This document shows positions 27,754 to 35,826 of a stretch of DNA of 39,219 bases, one piece after another. The stretch is from a virus (lineage: Duplodnaviria > Caudoviricetes). The notes under the pieces are model-generated. The model did not search any database and had not been told where the DNA came from. It was given only the letters and a program-made list of their open reading frames with translations. The first letter of the stretch is position 1. The number at the start of each line of letters is the position of its first letter. Position numbers and translations under genes: made by a program. The stretch covers positions 1 to 39,219 of IMG/VR virus record IMGVR_UViG_3300025128_000119. One strand, given 5' to 3'.

Positions 27754-28196
27754 TGCCCAAACGATTAATTAGCAGTCCCCGTAAAATGATGTCGGCACCA
27801 CGTATTAATATACGTGCCCGTAAACTTATTAGGTTGTCCCGTCCTGATTTACCTCCTGTAACCCAGGTGCCAGGTCTAAATCTACCTGAAAGCCGTATAC
27901 ATAAAGCACTTACCGAGCTAAAAATCAACTTTCAAGTACAGCGTAATGTACTAGGAGGAGGTATACTAGGAGGAGCGAGAGCGGACTTCTTGCTACCCGA
28001 TTATAAGATAGATTTGGAGTATCAAGGCCCATTTCATGGAGTAGCAGAAGGTAAAGCTCGTGATATACTTAGAAATATAGGCTTAACTAGTCAGGGATGG
28101 CGTGTTGTGCCGCTATATGAGCGAGACTTGAAACGATTAGTACCCAGAATATTAGAGGTAATAGGTAAACCAGTAATGGTAGGAGTAGGAACATGA
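27753..28196 (+). CDS. DUF559/Vsr-like PD-(D/E)XK endonuclease
   Basis: E..I..AL, ADFLL, LEYQGPFH, RD..R...L...GWRV motifs. Confidence 0.75.
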   Translation: MPKRLISSPRKMMSAPRINIRARKLIRLSRPDLPPVTQVPGLNLPESRIHKALTELKINFQVQRNVLGGGILGGARADFLLPDYKIDLEYQGPFHGVAEGKARDILRNIGLTSQGWRVVPLYERDLKRLVPRILEVIGKPVMVGVGT

Positions 28197-30388
28197 CAAT
28201 AGCATCTGATAGTCAAGCACTAGCAGCCGACATACTAAATCACGCTGATGCCAGCGGATTTCCTAAGTGGAAGAAAGGCGCAGACTTATCTAGTGCCAAC
28301 GCCCTAACTCTAGGTAGTGATGGTAATGCTTTTGATATAACTGGCACTACCAGCATCACTTCAATTTCAACCAGAGGGGTAGGCGCAATTATATTATTGC
28401 ACTTTGATGGCGCACTAACGTTGACCCATCACAGTACCAACCTGGTACTTCCAGACGGAGAAAACATAACCACAGCAGCAGGCGATGTAGCCGTACTACA
28501 TGAGTACGCATCGGCAGACTGGCGACTTGTATCGTACAGTCGAGCAGACGCAGCTAGTGGTGTGCTATCTGTAGCTAATGGTGGTACAGGCGCAGCCACA
28601 CTAACTGACGGGGGAGTATTATTAGGTTCTGGAACTAGTGCAGTCACAGCCATGTCCGTATTATCGGATGGCGAGATGATTGTTGGTGACGGAACTACTG
28701 ACCCTGTAGCAGAGAGTGGCGCAACATTACGTACCTCAATTGGTGTGGGTACGGGTGATTCCCCTCAATTTACAGGTATAGAACTAGGACACGCCACCGA
28801 TACAACTATCGCACGTAGCGGTTCTGGCGACATAACGGTAGAAGGTAATGCAGTCTATAGGGCAGGCGGTACAGACGTACCAGTAGCTGATGGTGGAACA
28901 GGAGCTTCATCACTTACCGATGGAGGTGTTCTATTAGGCAGTGGTACTGGAGCTGTAACTGCTATGAGTGTCTTGAGTGACGGAGAAATGATAGTAGGTG
29001 ACGGTTCGACTGACCCCGTAGCTGAGTCAGGTGCTACCCTTAGAACATCTATAGGTGTAGGTACAGGAGACTCACCTCAGTTTACAGGTGTTGAACTTGG
29101 ACATGCCAGTGACACTACTATTGCTAGAAGTGGCTCAGGCGATATTACTATTGAAGGAAATGCCGTATATAGAGCAGGTGGAACTGATGTACCCGTTGCA
29201 GATGGGGGTACAGGAGCATCATCCCTCACTGATGGAGGAGTATTACTAGGCTCAGGTACTGGTGCTGTTACGGCTATGAGTGTGTTGTCAGATGGCAACG
29301 TTATAGTCGGAGATGGTAGCGGCGACCCCGTAGCATTAGCAGCATTTACTTCTTCTACAGGTCAACTCAAGCATGAGAGTGGCGGTATTGAAACCGACAT
29401 ATCAGGTATAGCCAAAGGTGGTATACTGGCAGGTTCTGCCGCAGGTACGATAGCAATCAAAACCGTAGGTAGCGAAGACCAGGTACTAACAGTCGATGGT
29501 AGTGGTGGTATCGGATGGGAGGACCCAGCTTCAGGTGGTATGGCCAGCCTTGCGGCTGATACATCGCCCCAGCTAGGTGGTTTCCTAGATGCTAATGGTA
29601 ACTACATGCAGACCGAGAAGGGTGGTGACATCTCATCGGCCTCACCGTTGGTCATTGATACTGATGGTGATTATTTTGACGTAACAGGTACAACCAATTT
29701 TGCGGCAATGACCGTAGCGGCTGACAGGCAATTTACCCTGCAGTTTGACGGTGTATTGACAATGACCCACCATGCTACCAACCTCAACTTACCAGGTGGT
29801 GCAAATATTACGACTGCCGCAGGAGATAGGGGAGTATTCCAGTCTACTGGTGCTAACACAGTCCATTGTATTGCTTACACCAAAGCCAATGGTGAGGCGG
29901 TAGTATCAAGTAGTGGCGGCATTACACATGCCAGCCAATGGCGATTGACCACAAACTTCGATGGCGATGCCGCACCAATAGCAAGCAACCTAGAGGAAGT
30001 GGATGCGCCTTCAGATGGACCGTTTGGTACACTCGGTGCTAGTATGACGCAGAGTAGTGGTATCTTTACATTTCCAGCGACTGGTTTTTGGTACGTGAAC
30101 TTTTTATGTACGTATTATTATGACGGTAATTCTACATATACCGATGCGCAGATATTTGGTACAAATGACGGGTCGAATTACGGTACACTAACATATGGCA
30201 GAAGCGGTACCAATGCTTCGGGACCGGAATATGCTAATATTTTTACAGACTATGTATGTGATATTCAAAACACTTCTACCCATAAGATTAAGTTTCATGT
30301 CAAGACTGAGGACGATAGTGCAACTTGCAAAGGCAACACAGGCTATAACTATACTAGTATGACATTTATTAGATTAGGAGACACATAA
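28193..30388 (+). CDS. Tail fibre with ~2.5 tandem 104-aa repeats
   Basis: VAxGGTGA repeats starting at 28571, 28883, 29195; duplicated KG.D.SSA...NITTAAGD domain; C-terminal GIFTFPATG head. Confidence 0.85.
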   Translation: MTIASDSQALAADILNHADASGFPKWKKGADLSSANALTLGSDGNAFDITGTTSITSISTRGVGAIILLHFDGALTLTHHSTNLVLPDGENITTAAGDVAVLHEYASADWRLVSYSRADAASGVLSVANGGTGAATLTDGGVLLGSGTSAVTAMSVLSDGEMIVGDGTTDPVAESGATLRTSIGVGTGDSPQFTGIELGHATDTTIARSGSGDITVEGNAVYRAGGTDVPVADGGTGASSLTDGGVLLGSGTGAVTAMSVLSDGEMIVGDGSTDPVAESGATLRTSIGVGTGDSPQFTGVELGHASDTTIARSGSGDITIEGNAVYRAGGTDVPVADGGTGASSLTDGGVLLGSGTGAVTAMSVLSDGNVIVGDGSGDPVALAAFTSSTGQLKHESGGIETDISGIAKGGILAGSAAGTIAIKTVGSEDQVLTVDGSGGIGWEDPASGGMASLAADTSPQLGGFLDANGNYMQTEKGGDISSASPLVIDTDGDYFDVTGTTNFAAMTVAADRQFTLQFDGVLTMTHHATNLNLPGGANITTAAGDRGVFQSTGANTVHCIAYTKANGEAVVSSSGGITHASQWRLTTNFDGDAAPIASNLEEVDAPSDGPFGTLGASMTQSSGIFTFPATGFWYVNFLCTYYYDGNSTYTDAQIFGTNDGSNYGTLTYGRSGTNASGPEYANIFTDYVCDIQNTSTHKIKFHVKTEDDSATCKGNTGYNYTSMTFIRLGDT

Positions 30389-30756
30389 TGGATGATTACG
30401 GCAGACCAGACCACATTGAAGATGTATTAGTAAAACTCCACAAGGGGCAATGGTTCGGCTGGTCAGACAGTAAAGATAAAGTGTACAGCAATCTTATTAT
30501 CCATGATGACCAGTACAGTAAGCCAAGCAAAGCTAGTTTGGAAGCAGGATTAGCGCAAGCTCAAGATGACTTTGACTGGCAAGGAGTACGTAGAGAGCGA
30601 GACAGCCTGTTATCTGGTAGTGACCATATCCTAATGCCTGACTATCCTATGGAAGATAAGTCAGATTGGGAAGCATACCGACAAGAGCTAAGAGATATAC
30701 CACAAGACTTCGATGATGCGGAGGACGTAGAATGGCCCGAACAGCCCAGCGGATAA
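30388..30756 (+). CDS. Tail fibre assembly chaperone
   Basis: VRRERDSLL..SD....DYP...W..YRQELRDIP.......WP signature. Confidence 0.85.
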   Translation: MDDYGRPDHIEDVLVKLHKGQWFGWSDSKDKVYSNLIIHDDQYSKPSKASLEAGLAQAQDDFDWQGVRRERDSLLSGSDHILMPDYPMEDKSDWEAYRQELRDIPQDFDDAEDVEWPEQPSG

Positions 30757-30762
30757 AGAACG

Positions 30763-31011
30763 ATGAGCGAAAAAAAGAAGCCGGACCTCAATCTTATGGA
30801 CTTTGTGTTTGTGGGTATCCTCTTGAGTGCGTGTATCCTTATTGTATGGAACACAATACAGATACAACAAGTAAAAACGATAGCTGAACACAACAAGGCG
30901 CATGTGTGTTTCCTAACCGATGTATTGTTTGGACCAGCAGAAAACATGGCAGAGTTATGCGCTACTTTGCGTGAGGACCTACATGAAGAATGGCAAGCAC
31001 AGTCGAGGTAA
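30763..31011 (+). CDS. Single-TM membrane protein in lysis region
   Basis: FVFVGILLSACILIVW; precedes the endolysin. Confidence 0.6.
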   Translation: MSEKKKPDLNLMDFVFVGILLSACILIVWNTIQIQQVKTIAEHNKAHVCFLTDVLFGPAENMAELCATLREDLHEEWQAQSR

Positions 31012-32546
31012 GTAATGAAACAGTTGAGTTTGTCAAACGCTTTGAAGGGTTACGTCTAACTTCCTATTGGGATTACCACCAATGGAGTATAGGCTATGGA
31101 AGTATCAGCTATGAAGGACAAACAATCACCGAAGAACAAGCAGCAAAGAAACTCAAAGGCGACCTCAAAAAGTATGCCGCAAGCCTCTCTGCCGCACTCC
31201 ACGTTACACTATTACCCGAACAAGAGACTGCACTTTTATCAGCCACTTATAACCTTGGGGTTACAGGTGTTAGCCGTATTATTAAAGTATGTAACACGGG
31301 GGATTTTGACGCTGCTGCGAAGCTGCTTAGACGCTACGACCATGCTGGAGGTAAACGATTACCAGCCCTCACCAGACGCAGAGAAGCAGAAGCAGGACTA
31401 TTATCAAGGCGCAGACCATTGGTGGTGGATAGTCAAATGAGGGGTAGTCCACGGGTACAATACGAGCGCACCTATTATCTGATGCCACCTGATGCTAGTA
31501 AGCAGGAGTTCATGGATATAGCAAGCGAGGTATACAACCAGAAATCTACCGTAGGATTTAGTGCCGATGATGCTGGCATTGGTGATTTAGACAAGCGCAA
31601 TGCCGTATTAGTGTATCCCGAACGACAACCCGATAAAATTACTGAGTGGTTTTCAAGCAATTATGATGGCGTGAAGGTGCTTCACCACCCAAAACATACT
31701 CCCGTTGCGCCTGAGCCGTCTGTAGGGCTAACAAAGGTAGGTTTGCACGGTAGTGCCGATGGTTCTTGGGGTAATCCTATCCTTCCAGAGACAATTGACC
31801 TCATAAAAGAAGCTAAGATAGAAGCATACAAGGGTTTATCTAACGAGAGTGCTGATACAGTTAAGATACTCAAAGACATCAATCCTGATATGTTCATATT
31901 AATCAGACTATTTGCTAAGGTAAATAAGGGTTTTAGTAGACCACAACAGTTTGTCAACCTTGTGGCACAAGATGCCGTAAAATGGTATGATGCAGGGGTT
32001 AGGCACTTCGAGGTACACAATGAGCCTAACCTAAAGATAGATGATTCCGCAGAAGGTATGTGGGACGTATGGGAAGATGGAGCAGAGTTTAGTTTATGGT
32101 TCTTATCGGTGGTAGCACAGCTAAGACAGCTAATGCCAGAGGCAAAGTTTGGTTATCCAGGCTTATCTCCTGGACATTACATACCTGGTGTGCGCTACGA
32201 CCCTATCCGTTTCTTCAACGAGAGTTGGACAGCGGTGGACGAAGCGGACTTTATTTGTGCGCATTGCTATTGGGTTACAAGGGAGCAGATGTATTCGGAT
32301 GTAAGCGGTCAGTGGTACAAGCGGTATCACAGCAAGAACAAACCTATTATGATTACTGAATTTTCTAACCCTTCACCCGATGTCCCTAAACACGAAAAGG
32401 GGTTACAATACGTAGATTATTATAAGAGCCTGAACAACGTACACTCGGCCTACTCATTCTTGAGTACAGCCAGTAGCGGTTTCAAACATGAGACATGGCA
32501 TGGCTCGGATATTGCAACACTAGTTGGACAGAGAGATGGACGCTAG
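30990..32546 (+). CDS. Modular endolysin: GH24 lysozyme + linker domain + clan GH-A glycoside hydrolase
   Basis: FEGLRL..Y.D....SIGYG, YNLG, LTRRREAE; C-terminal VHNEPN and ITEFS. Confidence 0.85.
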   Translation: MASTVEVSNETVEFVKRFEGLRLTSYWDYHQWSIGYGSISYEGQTITEEQAAKKLKGDLKKYAASLSAALHVTLLPEQETALLSATYNLGVTGVSRIIKVCNTGDFDAAAKLLRRYDHAGGKRLPALTRRREAEAGLLSRRRPLVVDSQMRGSPRVQYERTYYLMPPDASKQEFMDIASEVYNQKSTVGFSADDAGIGDLDKRNAVLVYPERQPDKITEWFSSNYDGVKVLHHPKHTPVAPEPSVGLTKVGLHGSADGSWGNPILPETIDLIKEAKIEAYKGLSNESADTVKILKDINPDMFILIRLFAKVNKGFSRPQQFVNLVAQDAVKWYDAGVRHFEVHNEPNLKIDDSAEGMWDVWEDGAEFSLWFLSVVAQLRQLMPEAKFGYPGLSPGHYIPGVRYDPIRFFNESWTAVDEADFICAHCYWVTREQMYSDVSGQWYKRYHSKNKPIMITEFSNPSPDVPKHEKGLQYVDYYKSLNNVHSAYSFLSTASSGFKHETWHGSDIATLVGQRDGR

Positions 32547-32766
32547 TCTTGAGACTGTACTTGATAGGATACGTCAGCACGTTAAGGTTCTTAACCACTC
32601 CAGTGAAAGGATGGCATCTACACTGGACGAGCTTGAAGATGATTTTTCAGAGTTGTCACAACGCATGGCATCAGTTGAAGCAAACTTAGCTTGGCTAATG
32701 AAGTTGATATGGATGGTAATAGGAGGAATAGTGATGATTGTATTCAAGGTATTTGCAGAAACCTAA
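32536..32766 (+). CDS. Coiled-coil plus C-terminal TM protein (XhlA/holin-like)
   Basis: Heptad N-terminus then LIWMVIGGIVMIVFKVF; follows the endolysin. Confidence 0.6.
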   Translation: MDASLETVLDRIRQHVKVLNHSSERMASTLDELEDDFSELSQRMASVEANLAWLMKLIWMVIGGIVMIVFKVFAET

Positions 32767-32773
32767 TCTATAA

Positions 32774-33658
32774 ATGGTACACATACCTAAGTTAGAGCCT
32801 TCGGTTTCGCCAGGCTGTTATTACACTCGCCTAAATTACACTACTAAGTGGGAACAATACTTCCTGTTGATTAGTGATGTACATTTTGATGCTAAAGGCT
32901 GTAACAGAAAACTAATTCGTAAACATTTGGAACAAGCAAGGGTGCGTAACGCACCTGTTTTTATTTTTGGGGACCTACTAGACCTGATGCAAGGTAAGAA
33001 TGACCCCCGTGGTGCTAAACATGACCTGCGTCCTGAGTATGCTATGGATGATGACTACCTCGGCAACGTATGTGAGGATGCCGCAGACTTCCTAGCTCCA
33101 TACGCAGAGAACATAGCCCTGATTAGCATGGGCAACCATGAGTTTGAGTATCGTAGAAGGCATGAGATTGACCCACTAACTATTGTAGCTACGCACCTCA
33201 AGATAAAGACTGGCGTTGCCCCTATTATTGCACCGTATACTGGATGGATACAATACAAACTGAAGTATGCTAATGGTGGTAGGCGTAAGACTATCAATAT
33301 GAAGTATCACCACGGTGTGGGAGGCAATGCACCTGTAACCAAGGGTGCTATCCAGAGTAACCGTAGTGCTGTCATGTGGCCCAACGCTGACATAATGATA
33401 CGGGGGCATATACACAATAGGTTCAGTATGAGTATGCCAGTTGAAACAATCAGTAATCAAGGCAGAATAATCACTGACCAAGAGCGTATCTATCTCCAGA
33501 CAGGTTGCTATGTGTCTGATATAGACGATGGTAACAGCTGGTCGAGCCGTAGAGGATTTGGTGTGCCTGCTATGGGAGGCTACTGGCTCAGGCTATACAA
33601 CGAGAACTTGACCGAGAATGCTGTGTCAGTACAGTACCAAGCGATACCGACTGACTAG
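32774..33658 (+). CDS. Calcineurin-like metallophosphoesterase
   Basis: SDVH, GDLLD, GNHE, HHG, GHIH motifs. Confidence 0.9.
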   Translation: MVHIPKLEPSVSPGCYYTRLNYTTKWEQYFLLISDVHFDAKGCNRKLIRKHLEQARVRNAPVFIFGDLLDLMQGKNDPRGAKHDLRPEYAMDDDYLGNVCEDAADFLAPYAENIALISMGNHEFEYRRRHEIDPLTIVATHLKIKTGVAPIIAPYTGWIQYKLKYANGGRRKTINMKYHHGVGGNAPVTKGAIQSNRSAVMWPNADIMIRGHIHNRFSMSMPVETISNQGRIITDQERIYLQTGCYVSDIDDGNSWSSRRGFGVPAMGGYWLRLYNENLTENAVSVQYQAIPTD

Positions 33659-33861
33659 TGTGGTACTACATTGCAATAGATATGTTCGGAGACATCTTGT
33701 TTCTTGATGAAGGTGAACAATACGATGAGCCTGATGGCTGGATGAACAACGGCTATCCCCCGTTCTATTCGGCAGGTGGTCCACTCGATGTTATCACAGT
33801 AGGCATGAAGCATTTCCAGAAGTGCGAGAAGTATCGGCTAGGTTTTATCTCCATGAATTGA
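33658..33861 (+). CDS. Hypothetical protein
   Basis: GTG start overlapping the upstream stop. Confidence 0.55.
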   Translation: MWYYIAIDMFGDILFLDEGEQYDEPDGWMNNGYPPFYSAGGPLDVITVGMKHFQKCEKYRLGFISMN

Positions 33862-33880
33862 AGTTTTAAGGTTGTTCCTC

Positions 33881-33909
33881 TTTACACTAAACCCACTCTA
33901 AAGTATCAT
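33881..33909 (+). promoter_or_regulatory. Sigma70-type promoter, probably leaderless
   Basis: TTTACA, 17 nt, TATCAT, 6 nt, ATG 33916. Confidence 0.6.
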
Positions 33910-33915
33910 CTCCAA

Positions 33916-34029
33916 ATGGAAGAAACAATTACAACACGCCAGTGTGACAGGTGTGGGTCTGAAATACCTAACGTGTGTCACATACGATGCGAGAACTGTG
34001 GCGCAGAGGTTGTCTGTAACGATAACTAA
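33916..34029 (+). CDS. Zinc-finger microprotein, 37 aa (not in ORF track)
   Basis: MEETITTRQCDRCGSEIPNVCHIRCENCGAEVVCNDN: two CxxCG plus further Cys/His. Confidence 0.7.
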   Translation: MEETITTRQCDRCGSEIPNVCHIRCENCGAEVVCNDN

Positions 34030-34357
34030 TCGCAATACCCTAAAAGAAAAGCTAATAGAAATACGATTTGACTGTGACTGGTGTGACCGCCCGTTAGTGG
34101 GAGAAGGTGACATGCACGAATGGCTTATCAAGCGTTCTGCGCTACCAAAGAATAAGCGTATCTTTGATGAACGCAACTGTGCTATCTTACATCACTCCTG
34201 TCACATGGCTCACGGCCAGACCAGAGCAATGCAGGATAAGCTCGCTCCGATATTCGTTCAGCGTTACGGTAAGGACAAGATGTTAGATTTCATAGATGGG
34301 TTGGGGATGAAAGCACCACAACAATTTGTACACATAATAGAAGCTGTGGTATACTAG
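33998..34357 (+). CDS. HNH/His-Me finger-like nuclease (NinG/Ref-like)
   Basis: CDWC...DMHE...N...LHHSCH..H; start uncertain (33944, 33998 or 34010). Confidence 0.6.
   Translation: MAQRLSVTITNRNTLKEKLIEIRFDCDWCDRPLVGEGDMHEWLIKRSALPKNKRIFDERNCAILHHSCHMAHGQTRAMQDKLAPIFVQRYGKDKMLDFIDGLGMKAPQQFVHIIEAVVY
34326..34355 (+). promoter_or_regulatory. Promoter for putative sRNA
   Basis: TTGTAC(A) at 34326-34332 and TGgTATACT at 34347-34355; no credible plus-strand ORF follows. Confidence 0.6.
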
Positions 34358-34361
34358 AATA

Positions 34362-34482
34362 ACTTCACGAAACGGGTGTGACCTCCTTTGAGCAGGAAGC
34401 CCAATTCCTTCTTGCTTTATTTACAACAATACCCGTCTCCTCATAAACACCAGGTGGTCCATGCCGCCTGGTGTTCCTTTTT
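34362..34482 (+). ncRNA. Putative sRNA with unpaired anti-SD (ACCUCCUUU)
   Basis: Stems 34372-34379/34429-34436 and 34391-34399/34408-34416 (G-U on plus) flank ACCTCCTTT at 34381-34389; ends in a terminator. Confidence 0.55.
34446..34482 (+). terminator. Intrinsic terminator between convergent units
   Basis: AACACCAGGTGG-TCCATG-CCGCCTGGTGTT 12-bp stem then CCTTTTT; may also act on the minus strand. Confidence 0.8.
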
Positions 34483-34484
34483 AA

Positions 34485-34676
34485 TTACTGCAACTCGTCA
34501 CGCCAAACAATATTACGCTTGGCTAGACCACGACTAATAGCATACAGTCCACTAGCTACGGCTGAGGCTATCGCTACTTGGTCTGCGCTAAGTAGGTTCA
34601 AACTTGCCATTATTGCTGTGGCGACTACTGATAGTGCTGTTATCCAAAACTCTGTTGTCTTGTATCCGTGTTTCAT
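34485..34676 (-). CDS. Holin-like small two-TM protein
   Basis: KHGYKTTEFW...LYAISRGLAK signature, two hydrophobic segments; SD AAGGAGG. Confidence 0.7.
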   Translation of the reverse strand: MKHGYKTTEFWITALSVVATAIMASLNLLSADQVAIASAVASGLYAISRGLAKRNIVWRDELQ

Positions 34677-34965
34677 CTAGTCCTCCTTCAAGAATAGATT
34701 CAAATATGTCTGGTTGTTCAATGAAAAACTTTCCGATGGCGGCCAGTAACGCAACAGCCTCTCGTTCTCCTAGCCCTTTGATGGTACGCTTCAACCACCG
34801 TGCCTCCGATTTTATTATCTGCGCATCGTCACCTCCTAGTTTACGTAACGCATTTTCAGCTATATCAAGTCGTAACTTGGATGCAGACTGGACAGTCTCA
34901 TTGCCGTACTGGCGCAACAGCCTGTTACGAAGTTCATACTCTATCGGACTGTATTTAGTTCCCAT
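34588..34965 (-). CDS. Hypothetical protein
   Basis: SD AGAGGA; 3' end overlaps the holin-like gene by 89 nt. Confidence 0.65.
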   Translation of the reverse strand: MGTKYSPIEYELRNRLLRQYGNETVQSASKLRLDIAENALRKLGGDDAQIIKSEARWLKRTIKGLGEREAVALLAAIGKFFIEQPDIFESILEGGLDETRIQDNRVLDNSTISSRHSNNGKFEPT

Positions 34966-35413
34966 GTTTCCTCTTTAAGCGTGAGCGTTCTTGGGCTGCT
35001 TGTCTACGTACCCTCGCAGCAGTCTTTTTACGGGACGGTTTCTCACAGTAACTACCTGTACGCCAACGTAACTCACGCTCTGCCTGTCTAATGCCTTTGG
35101 CTAATAGTTTACGTTCCTCTGATGTCATGGGGTATAAGTGTACCTTCTTTTTGGAGCGTTGGGTTTTTCTAATAACAAGACCTGTACCTGTCTTGTAGTA
35201 TACAAACGCATCACCAATAAAAAATCCAGGCGCACACCTAGCTCCTTGATGTACGATAACCTCTTTCTTGCTGAACTGTGCCCCCACGTTGAAGGTATTG
35301 TCGGTGTTGCCATGCACGTTACCGACAAACACAATGCCTGCCGTGGCTCTTACGCCATCGCCATGACTACGATAAGGCACTACACTATCCCACGGATTGC
35401 CCCCTTTTAGCAT
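34955..35413 (-). CDS. Hypothetical protein with very basic C-terminus (start uncertain: 35413, 35380 or 35128)
   Basis: 152-codon open frame; C-terminal ELRWR..YCEKPS..RR weakly bS21-like. Confidence 0.6.
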   Translation of the reverse strand: MLKGGNPWDSVVPYRSHGDGVRATAGIVFVGNVHGNTDNTFNVGAQFSKKEVIVHQGARCAPGFFIGDAFVYYKTGTGLVIRKTQRSKKKVHLYPMTSEERKLLAKGIRQAERELRWRTGSYCEKPSRKKTAARVRRQAAQERSRLKRKHGN

Positions 35414-35436
35414 GTATGCCTATACGCAATTGTCAA
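35409..35436 (-). promoter_or_regulatory. Promoter with embedded 17-bp array motif (operator-like)
   Basis: Minus strand TTGACA (35436-35431) directly followed by ATTGCGTATAGGCATAC (35430-35414); candidate -10 CATGCT at 16-nt spacing. Confidence 0.6.
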
Positions 35437-35440
35437 CTTC

Positions 35441-35824
35441 TTAAGGTTTCGTTGGTTCATCTCTCAGAGCGCATACTAATGACCACGCCATGTCGGCACG
35501 GTTCTTATAGAGTTGGTCAAGCCATTCAATCGCATCACCATCGGCTATGTGTTTACTGGTGATGTGTAAGAAGCTCCACCCTAACAGACAGCCTGCATTC
35601 GTTTTCTCGCACAGTGAAGTAAAGCCCTTGCCTCGCACATGCCTACCTCCTGTCCAGATACCTCCCTCTATTTCAACCCCTATCTTATAGTCAGGCCATG
35701 CAAAATCAAGTCGCCAACGCCTACCCATCTCCTCTTTGGCAAACATATACTCTCGCTCCCATTTAGGAAACTCGAATAACTTTAACTGAAACTCAAACTC
35801 TTGTTCTAGTTCTGACTTAGCCAT
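35441..35824 (-). CDS. PD-(D/E)XK endonuclease (DUF559-like)
   Basis: SELE..F, REY.F, RRWRLDFAWP, VEIEGG.W..GRH, LGW motifs. Confidence 0.85.
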   Translation of the reverse strand: MAKSELEQEFEFQLKLFEFPKWEREYMFAKEEMGRRWRLDFAWPDYKIGVEIEGGIWTGGRHVRGKGFTSLCEKTNAGCLLGWSFLHITSKHIADGDAIEWLDQLYKNRADMAWSLVCALRDEPTKP

Positions 35825-35826
35825 TG

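Noticed and set aside
29000-29015. GGTTCGACT tRNA T-loop-like word
   Set aside because: Inside tail fibre coding sequence; no cloverleaf.
28193-30388. Diversity-generating retroelement target in the tail fibre
   Set aside because: No reverse transcriptase; repeat differences are synonymous and not adenine-specific.
6431-34357. Numerous minus-strand ORFs inside late genes (and plus-strand ORFs inside early genes)
   Set aside because: Antisense shadows of well-supported genes with no independent signals.
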